NCBI GenBank assembly: GCA_965223415.1
Contig: OZ245002.1
Location: 3,584,001 to 3,648,000 of the forward strand
DNA from: Myxococcota bacterium
GTDB taxonomy: Bacteria; Myxococcota_A; UBA9160; UBA6930
Length of the DNA: 64,000 nt
Direction: 5' to 3'
Position numbers and translations under genes: made by a program
Shown here: positions 56,159 through 64,000 of the stretch, one piece after another
Layout of the letters: each line of letters opens with the position of its first letter
Position numbering within the stretch: position 1 is the first letter of the stretch
The notes under the pieces: model-generated
The model's input: only the letters and a program-made list of their open reading frames with translations
What the model was told of the DNA's origin: nothing
Database searches by the model: none

Positions 56159-59152
56159 ATGCCTGAGACCTCTCGTCGTGACTTCCTGAAGCTCGTCGGA
56201 GTGAGCGCCGGGGCGGCGGCCGCCGCCGGCTGCTCGGACCACGTCGAAAAGCTGATTCCGTACGTCGTGCAGCCCGAGGAGGTGACCCCGGGCAATCCGG
56301 TCGTCTACGCCTCCACCTGCACCGAGTGCCCGGTGGGCTGCGGCCTGCACGTGCGGACGCGGGAGAGCCGGCCGATCAAGCTGGAGGGCAACCCGGACCA
56401 CCCGATCAACGAGGGCCGGCTCTGCGCCAAGGCCCAGGCCTCCATCGCGCGCACCTACCTGCCCGATCGCTTCACCGGCCCGCGCAAGGGCGCCGAGGCG
56501 ACGACCTGGGACGAGGCGATCGGCGCCGTGGCCGAGGCGATCCGGGGTGCCGGCGGCAAGACCCACATCCTCGGCGGCAACACCGGCGATACGCTCTCGG
56601 GGCTGATCGACCGCTTCGCCCAGGCCACCGGCGCGAAGCGCACCATCTACGACCCCGCCGTCGACGAGGCCCTGCGCGAGGCGACCCGCCGCGTGTTCGG
56701 CGTCGCGAGCGAGCCGATCTTCGACCTGTCCGGCGCGGACCTGGTCGTCGACTTCGGCGCCGAGCTGCTCGAGACCGGCCCCTCGCCGGTCGAGCACCAG
56801 GGCCAGTGGGCGAAGGCCCGGGACGTGGGCGCTCATCACGACGGCGGGGCGCGCTTCGTCTACGTGGGTCCGCGGCTCTCGATGACCGCGTCCACCGCCG
56901 ATGAGTGGCTGCCGGCCAAGCCCGGCAGCGAGGGGCTGATCGCCGCGGCCCTGTCCGGCGGCGACGTCGCCGCCGCGGCCTCGGCCAGCGGCGTGCCGGC
57001 CGAGACCCTGCAGCGCCTCGCGAAGGCCCTGCGCAGTGCCAAGAGCCCGGTGGCGCTTCCGCCCGGCGCGGCCCTGGCCAGTCGGCGCGCCGTCGCTACC
57101 ACCGCCGCGGTGCTGAAGCTGAATGCCTCCCTCGGCGCGATCGGCAAGACCGTCACGATTCCGCCCGCCGGCGAGACCGCCAAGGACCGCTCCAGCTACG
57201 CCAATGCCCTGGCGCTGGTGGCGGCCATGGAGGCCGGCGAGGTCGACGTCCTCCTCGTCCACGACGCCAACCCGGTCTACAACCTGCCCGCCGGCGCCGG
57301 CTTCGCGGCGGCCCTCGCCAAGGTGAAGACGGTCGTCTCCTTCGCCACCTCGAAGGACGAGACCACCGAGCAGGCCCACTGGGTGCTGCCCGACCACGCC
57401 CCCCTCGAATCCTGGGGCGACGCGCGTCCCCGCCCCGGCGTGCGCGGCCTGGTGCAGCCGACGATCCGGCCTCTCCACGACACCCAGGCCCTCGGCGATT
57501 CGCTCCTGGCGATCGCTCGTGCCATGGGCGACGACGTCGGCGGCCAGCTGCCCTCGGGCAGCTTCCGCGACGTGCTGCAGGCGGCCTGGTCCGGCACGAG
57601 CTTCCGCTCCGCCCTCAAGCGGGGCGGCGTCTACGGTCCGACGCCCTCGGCCGTGGGGGCAGCCGGCGGCAGCGGCGCCGACGTCGAGCTGGCGGAGCCG
57701 GCTTTCAACGGCACGGGCAGTTTCACCCTCGTCGCGTTCCCCCACGCCCTGCTGGGCGATGGCCGGGGCGCGGCCCTGCCGATCCTCCAGGAGATCCCGG
57801 ACCCGGTCACCAGCATCGCCTGGGAGAGCTGGGCCGAGATCAGCCTGGCCGCGGCCGATCGTCTGGGCGTCGAGTCCGGCGACGTGGTCGCCATCGAGAC
57901 CTCTGCCGGCCGCATCGAGGTGGCCGTCTACCTACGAGGCGGGATCCGCGACGACGTGATCGCCGTGCCGACGGGGCAGGGTCACACGGTCGGCTGGTTC
58001 GCCTCCAAGGAAGGGCAGGGCCTGCCCGGCATGGCGCGCGGCGTGAACGTCGGCGACGCTCTGCCGGCCCTCACCGACGAGGGCGGGGGGCGCGCCTGGC
58101 TCACCGAGAAGGCCAGCGTGACGCCGACCGGCCGCCACCGCCGTCTGCCCTACCAGCAGACGCAGGACAACAAGCGCGAGCGCCAGCTCGGCGAGGTGGT
58201 CTCGTTGGCGGCGCTGGCCGAGAGCGACCATGGCGACGGGCACGGCGGGGAGCACGGGAGCGGCCACGGCGGCGGGCACGACGGCCCCCACGAGATCCGC
58301 GAGCCCTTCGACCCGGCCGACGACGCCGCCGATCTGGAGCGCGAGCGCGTGTTCCTCGAGGAGCGCTCGGTCAAAGCCTCCGACTACCGCTGGGGCATGA
58401 CCGTCGATCTCGACAAGTGCACCGGCTGCAGCGCCTGCATCGCCGCCTGCTACGTCGAGAACAACATCCCGGTGGTGGGCGAGGACGAGACGCGCAAGAT
58501 GCGCCAGATGCCCTGGATCCGCATCGACCGCTTCGTCGGCCCCGGCGACCGCAAGGAGCTGCTGGCCGGCCGCGACCCGATCGGCCCGAACCACGAGAAG
58601 CTCGGCGAGACCGACATCCGCAACTCGCCGATGTTCTGTCAGCATTGCGGCGCCGCTCCCTGCGAGCCGGTGTGTCCCGTCTTCGCGACCTACCACAACG
58701 AGGAAGGTCTCAACGGGATGATCTACAACCGCTGCATCGGCACGCGGTACTGCGCGAACAACTGCCCCTACAAGGTCCGCCGCTACAACTACTTCGACAA
58801 CCAGATCACGAAGTGGCCCGGCCAGATGGACCTGGGGCTCAACCCGGACGTGACCGTCCGCGGCCAGGGCGTGATGGAGAAGTGCACCTTCTGCGTGCAG
58901 CGGATCCAGCATGCGCGGCAGGAGTCGAAGAACGCCGGGCACGAGACGATCCCCGACGGCTCTGTCCAGACGGCCTGCCAGCAGACCTGCCCCTCCGACG
59001 CGATCGAGTTCGGGAACCTGCGGGACGACGCCAGCGCCGTCTCCAAGAAGGCCGACGATCCGAAGCGCGGTTACTCCGCGCTGCACGTGCTGAACACGAG
59101 ACCCGCGGTGACCTATCTGGCGAAGGTCGTCCGGGGCCCGGTGGAAGGTTGA
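56159..59152 (+). CDS. actB: Alternative complex III molybdopterin-oxidoreductase-like / 4Fe-4S subunit
   Basis: Tat signal SRRDFLK, KLEGNPDHP, CTGCSACIAAC..ENN, CQHC..APCEPVCP, RCIGTRYCANNCPY, GVMEKCTFC. Confidence 0.93.
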   Translation: MPETSRRDFLKLVGVSAGAAAAAGCSDHVEKLIPYVVQPEEVTPGNPVVYASTCTECPVGCGLHVRTRESRPIKLEGNPDHPINEGRLCAKAQASIARTYLPDRFTGPRKGAEATTWDEAIGAVAEAIRGAGGKTHILGGNTGDTLSGLIDRFAQATGAKRTIYDPAVDEALREATRRVFGVASEPIFDLSGADLVVDFGAELLETGPSPVEHQGQWAKARDVGAHHDGGARFVYVGPRLSMTASTADEWLPAKPGSEGLIAAALSGGDVAAAASASGVPAETLQRLAKALRSAKSPVALPPGAALASRRAVATTAAVLKLNASLGAIGKTVTIPPAGETAKDRSSYANALALVAAMEAGEVDVLLVHDANPVYNLPAGAGFAAALAKVKTVVSFATSKDETTEQAHWVLPDHAPLESWGDARPRPGVRGLVQPTIRPLHDTQALGDSLLAIARAMGDDVGGQLPSGSFRDVLQAAWSGTSFRSALKRGGVYGPTPSAVGAAGGSGADVELAEPAFNGTGSFTLVAFPHALLGDGRGAALPILQEIPDPVTSIAWESWAEISLAAADRLGVESGDVVAIETSAGRIEVAVYLRGGIRDDVIAVPTGQGHTVGWFASKEGQGLPGMARGVNVGDALPALTDEGGGRAWLTEKASVTPTGRHRRLPYQQTQDNKRERQLGEVVSLAALAESDHGDGHGGEHGSGHGGGHDGPHEIREPFDPADDAADLERERVFLEERSVKASDYRWGMTVDLDKCTGCSACIAACYVENNIPVVGEDETRKMRQMPWIRIDRFVGPGDRKELLAGRDPIGPNHEKLGETDIRNSPMFCQHCGAAPCEPVCPVFATYHNEEGLNGMIYNRCIGTRYCANNCPYKVRRYNYFDNQITKWPGQMDLGLNPDVTVRGQGVMEKCTFCVQRIQHARQESKNAGHETIPDGSVQTACQQTCPSDAIEFGNLRDDASAVSKKADDPKRGYSALHVLNTRPAVTYLAKVVRGPVEG

Positions 59153-59156
59153 ACTG

Positions 59157-60527
59157 ATGACGCCGCCTCCTGCCATGTCCGTCGCGGAGACCATGCGCCC
59201 GACCCCGGCGCCGCCGGACAGCAAGATCAACACGGACCTGCTCGGGGTCATGTACCACCGGCTCTCGCCCGGGTACCTGCTGTTGCTGGGCGCTGCGATG
59301 CTCTCGGTGGTCGCGGCCGGCGCCACCTGGGTGTGGCAGGTCTACATCGGCCTCGGCGTCGGCGGCTACACGCACCCGATCTTCTGGGGCGCCTACATCA
59401 TTACCTTCGTCTTCTGGGTCGGTATCGCCCACGCGGGCACGCTGATCTCGGCGATCCTCTACCTCTTCCGCGCGAAGTGGCGGAACGCGATCAACCGTGG
59501 GGCGGAGGCCATGACGGTCTTCGCCGTGCTCACGGCGGCCCAGTTCCTGGGCATCCACGTGGGCCGGATGTGGAAGAGCTACTTCATCCTTCCGTATCCG
59601 AACCAGCGCGGGCTGTGGGTCAACTTCAAGAGCCCCCTCGAGTGGGACACCTTCGCGATCTCGACCTACGCCACCATCTCGATCGTCTTCTTCTTCATCG
59701 GCCTGATCCCGGACCTGGCGATCGCTCGCGACCGCACCCGGGGCTGGCGGAAGCTCGTGTACACGGCGCTGGCCCTCGGCTGGCAGGGCACCACCCGCCA
59801 GTGGAAGTCCCACACCCGCTCGGTGCTCCACCTCTCGGGCCTGGCGACACCGCTGGTCCTCTCGGTTCACTCGGTGGTGTCCTGGGACTTCGCCATGTCG
59901 ATCGTGCCGGGCTGGCACGCGACGATCTTCGCGCCCTACTTCGTGGCCGGCGCGATCTTCTCGGGCTTCTCGATGGTGCTGACCTTCTTCATCCCGCTGC
60001 GTCGCATCTACGGGCTCGAGGAGTACATCACCGACTACCACTTCGACAACATCGCCCGCTTCATCCTCTTGACGGGGTGGATCGTCACCTACGGCTACGC
60101 GAGCGAGTACTTCGTCGCCTGGTACAGCGCGGTCGAACCGGAGCAGACCTCGTTCTGGCTGCGCGCCTTCGGGCCCTACTGGCTCTCCACCTGGGTGATG
60201 CTCTTCTGCAACTGCATCGCGCCCCAGATCTTCTGGTTCAAGTGGGCACGAACCACGCCATGGATCCTCTTCACCGTGGCCACGCTGGTGAACATCGGCA
60301 TGTGGTTCGAGCGCTACGTCATCATCATCACCGGCCTCTCCCGCGAGTACGAGCCGGCGGTGTGGGGCATCTACACGCCGAGCTGGGCGGAGCTCACCAT
60401 CTTCGCCGGCAGCTTCGGCTTCTTCGCCATGCTGTTCCTGCTGTTCATGAAGATCTTCCCCGTGATCGCGATCTACGAGGTGAAGGAGCTGGCCATCCAC
60501 GACAAGGCCCATGGAGGCGCGCACTGA
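59157..60527 (+). CDS. actC: Alternative complex III NrfD/PsrC-type membrane subunit
   Basis: FVFWVGIAHAGTLISAIL, HVGR, SPLEWD, PLVLSVHSVVSWDF, PYFVAGAIFSG, GMWFER. Confidence 0.95.
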   Translation: MTPPPAMSVAETMRPTPAPPDSKINTDLLGVMYHRLSPGYLLLLGAAMLSVVAAGATWVWQVYIGLGVGGYTHPIFWGAYIITFVFWVGIAHAGTLISAILYLFRAKWRNAINRGAEAMTVFAVLTAAQFLGIHVGRMWKSYFILPYPNQRGLWVNFKSPLEWDTFAISTYATISIVFFFIGLIPDLAIARDRTRGWRKLVYTALALGWQGTTRQWKSHTRSVLHLSGLATPLVLSVHSVVSWDFAMSIVPGWHATIFAPYFVAGAIFSGFSMVLTFFIPLRRIYGLEEYITDYHFDNIARFILLTGWIVTYGYASEYFVAWYSAVEPEQTSFWLRAFGPYWLSTWVMLFCNCIAPQIFWFKWARTTPWILFTVATLVNIGMWFERYVIIITGLSREYEPAVWGIYTPSWAELTIFAGSFGFFAMLFLLFMKIFPVIAIYEVKELAIHDKAHGGAH

Positions 60528-61039
60528 TGCCCTCTCTCCTCGGCATCTACGAATCGCCCGGCCCGGTGGCCGAGGCCGCCACGAAGCTGAAGAACCGCGG
60601 GTTCGGCGAGCTGGAGATCTACGCTCCCGCCGCCTTCCCCGAGCTGGACGACGTGGTGCAGGAGAAGCCCTCGGCGGTGCGCCTGTGGACGCTGATCGGC
60701 GGCCTGCTGGGCGTCGTGACCGGCTTCGCCGTGACGATCTGGATGTCGATCGACTATCCGATCGTCGTCGGCGGCAAGCCCTTCGCCTCGATTCCGCCCT
60801 ACGTGATCATCGGCTTCGAGCTGACGATCCTGTTCGGCGGCCTCGCCACCCTGCTCGGCCTGCTGGTCGTCGGGGGGCTGCCCTACGGGACCTTCGGCGT
60901 GAACGATCCGGGCTACAGCGCGCGCTTCTCCGGCGAGGAGTTCGGGCTCGTCGTGTCCTGCCCCGAGCGGGATGTCCCCGAGGTGGATGCACTGCTGCGG
61001 GCGACCTCGGCCAAGGAGGTGAACCTTGTCGAGGCCTAG
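60527..61039 (+). CDS. actD: Alternative complex III subunit (DUF3341)
   Basis: Two TM helices, YPIVVGGKP..S.P..IIGFELTILFG. Confidence 0.9.
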   Translation: MPSLLGIYESPGPVAEAATKLKNRGFGELEIYAPAAFPELDDVVQEKPSAVRLWTLIGGLLGVVTGFAVTIWMSIDYPIVVGGKPFASIPPYVIIGFELTILFGGLATLLGLLVVGGLPYGTFGVNDPGYSARFSGEEFGLVVSCPERDVPEVDALLRATSAKEVNLVEA

Positions 61040-61589
61040 CCGACATCTTCCCGCCCACCTCCTCTTCTTCGTAGTGCTGCTGGGCGTGTCGGGCTCCGTG
61101 GGCTGCTGGGAGCAGTGGTCGGAGACTTGGTTCCCGCAGATGAAGTGGCAAAAGGCCGTCCAAGCCTTCGAGCGCGTCGACTTCGAGGGGCAGGTCGATC
61201 CCTTCATGCCGCCGGAAGGCGCCGTGGCGATCGACGCCGAGCTGCCCGCCGTTCCCCAGTACGACCCCTCGGTGGATCGCCTGCGCAACCCGCAGCCCGC
61301 GAACTTCAAGTCCGTGGCCCGGGGCCAGGAGGTCTACGAGATCTACTGCGAGACCTGCCACGGCGCGACCGGGCAGGGCGACGGCCCGGTCAGCATGGCC
61401 GGCACCCAGCAGGGCCCCTTCGCCGGCGTGTTCCCCCTGGTCACGGCCATGGCCCGCAGCGATGGCTACCTCTACAACCTCGTCCGCGCCGGTGGCCAGC
61501 GGATGCCCGGCTACGCGCGCATTCCCAGCGAAGACCGCTGGCACCTCGTGAACTACGTGCGGTTCCTGCAGAAGGGAGGACAGCCGTGA
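61026..61589 (+). CDS. actE: Alternative complex III monohaem cytochrome c lipoprotein (start uncertain)
   Basis: Lipobox-like SVGC, PPEG, RGQEVYEIYCETCHG..GQGDG, MPGY, DRWHLVNYVR. Confidence 0.9.
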   Translation: MSRPSRHLPAHLLFFVVLLGVSGSVGCWEQWSETWFPQMKWQKAVQAFERVDFEGQVDPFMPPEGAVAIDAELPAVPQYDPSVDRLRNPQPANFKSVARGQEVYEIYCETCHGATGQGDGPVSMAGTQQGPFAGVFPLVTAMARSDGYLYNLVRAGGQRMPGYARIPSEDRWHLVNYVRFLQKGGQP

Positions 61590-62866
61590 GCGGCGTGTCC
61601 GAACGAGCCAACCCCCGGCCGCTTCCGGTCGGGCCGTTCTTTATTGCGGCCTTCCTCACGATGGTGGGGGTGCTGGCCTTCGCCGCCGGCCTGACTCGGG
61701 ATCCCGCCGCCGCCTGGCGCGCCTTCCATGTGAACACCCTCTACTTCGGCAGCATGGCCCAGGGCGGGCTCGTGCTGGCCTGCGCCTTTGTGATCGTCGG
61801 CGCGAAGTGGCCCGGAGCGGTGCGTCGCATCGCCGAATCGTTGGCGGCCTGGGTGCCCGTCACGCTGGTGCTGTTCGTGATCGGCTGGCTCGGCGGTCGC
61901 GAGTTCGTCTACGAGAACTGGCTCCACGGTCCGCCCCCCGGCAAGGAGCCCTGGCTCAACGAGCCCCGGCTCTTCTGGAGCAACTTCGCCGTGCTGGGGC
62001 TCCTGGCGGTCCTCTCGATCGCCTTCCTGAAGGCGTCCGTGCGGCCGCACCTGAACGGCGCCGCCGAGGGCGCCGAGGGCATCGCCAAGGGCCTGTTCGG
62101 CCGCTGGACCGCGGGCTGGCGCGGCGACGAGGGTGAGCGGGATGCCTCCGCCAACCGGCTGCGCGTGCTCGCGCCGATCATCGCGCTGACCTACGCGCTC
62201 GGCTACACGCTCGTGGCCTTCGACCAGGTCATGTCGCTCACGCCGACCTGGTTCTCCAACCTGTTCGGCGGCTTCTTCGCCTGGGGCGGCTTTCTGTGCG
62301 CCGTTTCCGCGACGACGGTTATGGCCGTGCTCTACCGCCGCTCCCCGGGCCTCGAAGGCAAGATCACGACGGACCAGTACCACGACCTGGGCAAGATGAT
62401 CTTCGCCTTCTCGATCTTCTGGATGTACCTCTTCTTCTCCCAGTACCTGGTGATCTGGTACGGCAACCTGCCCGAGGAGACCCAGTTCTTCTACGCGCGC
62501 CTGGGCAGCGAGTTCCTCCAAGGCACCTGGTACTGGCAGGGTTGGGCCGAGCGCATCACTGGCGAGCCCTGGGTGGTCGTGAGCCTGTTCGCCTGGGTGT
62601 GCATCTGGGTCATCCCCTTCTGGTGTCTGCTCGGGCAGAAGCCGAAGAAGACGCCAGCCTTCCTGGGCAGCATCGCCGCGATCTCCCTCACCGGCTTCTG
62701 GGTGGAGCGCAACGTGCTCGTGTGGCCGTCGCTGGTTCCGGACGACACCTATGCCTTCCTCGGCACCATCCAGGTCGGCATCGCCCTCGGCTTCCTCGGG
62801 CTCTTCGCCATGACGGTGATGGCCTACCAGCGCATCTTTCCGACGCTGCTCGTTCCCAAGGACTAG
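61586..62866 (+). CDS. actF: Alternative complex III membrane subunit
   Basis: FDQVMSLTPTWFS, HDLGKMIFAFSIFWMYLFFSQYLVIWYGNLPEE. Confidence 0.93.
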   Translation: MSGVSERANPRPLPVGPFFIAAFLTMVGVLAFAAGLTRDPAAAWRAFHVNTLYFGSMAQGGLVLACAFVIVGAKWPGAVRRIAESLAAWVPVTLVLFVIGWLGGREFVYENWLHGPPPGKEPWLNEPRLFWSNFAVLGLLAVLSIAFLKASVRPHLNGAAEGAEGIAKGLFGRWTAGWRGDEGERDASANRLRVLAPIIALTYALGYTLVAFDQVMSLTPTWFSNLFGGFFAWGGFLCAVSATTVMAVLYRRSPGLEGKITTDQYHDLGKMIFAFSIFWMYLFFSQYLVIWYGNLPEETQFFYARLGSEFLQGTWYWQGWAERITGEPWVVVSLFAWVCIWVIPFWCLLGQKPKKTPAFLGSIAAISLTGFWVERNVLVWPSLVPDDTYAFLGTIQVGIALGFLGLFAMTVMAYQRIFPTLLVPKD

Positions 62867-62892
62867 CCCTCCGTCCGGCTACACTTCGGGCC

Positions 62893-64000
62893 GTGGACGC
62901 CCATTCCCCGAACGTGGAGCTGCTGGAGACGGGCGTGCGGCTCGGCCGCACGGGGCGCGCGGCGTCCTTCGTCGCCTACCGCGATCTCCTGCACGTCGTG
63001 GGCATCGGACGGGGCCTCCGGCTCGCCACCGCGCGCGGCGTCCTGGCCGTTCCCCGCAGCGCCGGGGAGCCGCCTGCGGCGCCGATCGCCGCCGGCCAGG
63101 CACTACGGGAGCGGGTCCTGGCGCTGCCGGACGGCTCCGAGCGGATCCGCCGCATGGAGGACCTGGATCTCCTGATGCTGCGCGCGGGTCCTCCGCGGCT
63201 CAGTCAGGCCATCGCGGCACTCTGTGTCACCGCCTTCGCGCTCCAGCTGTGGATTCCCGGCTTCACCGAGCAGGGCGCCCTGCGGCCCGGCTGGCTGGCG
63301 GTGGAGCCCTGGGGTGCGGTGACGGCCCACTTCCTCCACGGGGCCTTCGCGGGCTTTCCCGCCTTGCTGTCGCCGCATCTGATCCTGAACGTGCTCTGCC
63401 TGCTCGGCCTCGGCGCCTTCGTCGAGCGCATGCTCGGCCAGGCGCGGACCGCGGTCGTTCTGCTGGCGGCCGGCGGCGGCGCGGCCCTCGCGTCCCTCGT
63501 CGCCGACTACGTTCGGGTCGTCGGCGCCTCGGGGCTGGTGATGGGGCTCGCCGGTGCCCTGGTCGTCCTGGAGTTCGGCCGGCCCGAGCGCATTCCGGCC
63601 CCCTGGCGGTTGCCGCGACGGCTGCTCATCGGCCTGCTGGGGGCGGACCTGTTGTTGACCGGCTTCATCCCCGACGTTGCCCACGCCGCCCACTGGGGCG
63701 GGCTCACCGCCGGCGGCCTCGCGGCGTGGCTCGCGACCTCCGACCCGGTGCCTCTCGCCCCTCCGCCCCGCTGGGTCGTGGCCGGCGCCGGGCTGGGTCT
63801 CTTCTCGGTGGTCGTGGCCGGGGCGGGCCTGGGCTGGGCCGTTCTCGACCCCGGCGCCGCCAGTCTCCGCCGCGCCGCCTACCTGGCCGACGATCCCGAC
63901 GCGTCTCCCGGGCTCCTGAACGACGCCGCTTGGACGATCGCCATCTCGGACGCGCCGGATGCGGAGCTGCTGGCCGCAGCGGAGGAGATGGCCGAGCGGG
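62893..64000 (+). CDS. Rhomboid family intramembrane serine protease (runs off the 3' end; start uncertain)
   Basis: Translated by eye from GTG 62893: TAHFLHG, HLILNV, VVGASGLVMG (catalytic Ser), AHAAHWGG (catalytic His), LLNDAAW. Confidence 0.85.
   Translation, partial: MDAHSPNVELLETGVRLGRTGRAASFVAYRDLLHVVGIGRGLRLATARGVLAVPRSAGEPPAAPIAAGQALRERVLALPDGSERIRRMEDLDLLMLRAGPPRLSQAIAALCVTAFALQLWIPGFTEQGALRPGWLAVEPWGAVTAHFLHGAFAGFPALLSPHLILNVLCLLGLGAFVERMLGQARTAVVLLAAGGGAALASLVADYVRVVGASGLVMGLAGALVVLEFGRPERIPAPWRLPRRLLIGLLGADLLLTGFIPDVAHAAHWGGLTAGGLAAWLATSDPVPLAPPPRWVVAGAGLGLFSVVVAGAGLGWAVLDPGAASLRRAAYLADDPDASPGLLNDAAWTIAISDAPDAELLAAAEEMAER

Overview
Very GC-rich bacterial window of about 50 genes. 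The gene content (DUF1302/DUF1329, DUF3604, alternative complex III, FadE23/24-like pair, PAC2 protein, TopB) suggests a Myxococcota/deltaproteobacterium-like organism; this is inference only. Left end: a pentahaem cytochrome c, a monohaem cytochrome c, a PQQ quinohaemoprotein dehydrogenase and a cytochrome P450 in one operon, then a small lower-GC island (stand-alone PAS protein plus a membrane protein with a degenerate RlpA-like C-terminus). Middle: transporters, a PQQ dehydrogenase broken by in-frame TGA and TAG, an ADP-forming acyl-CoA ligase, a pair of ferritin-like proteins, a ThDP lyase, an LLM oxidoreductase, xth, speA and hisS. Next: a frameshifted KaiC/RecA-like ATPase::polysaccharide deacetylase fusion remnant, a 20-bp tandem repeat, and a lipoprotein-signal Rhs protein with a small overlapping membrane gene (best candidate for a new system). 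Right end: topB, a very large Cys-rich DUF1302 protein, DUF1329, a two-component system, beta-oxidation genes, a full actABCDEF operon and a truncated rhomboid protease. No rRNA, tRNA, CRISPR array or intact transposase was recognised. All family calls come from motif recognition by eye, not database searches.
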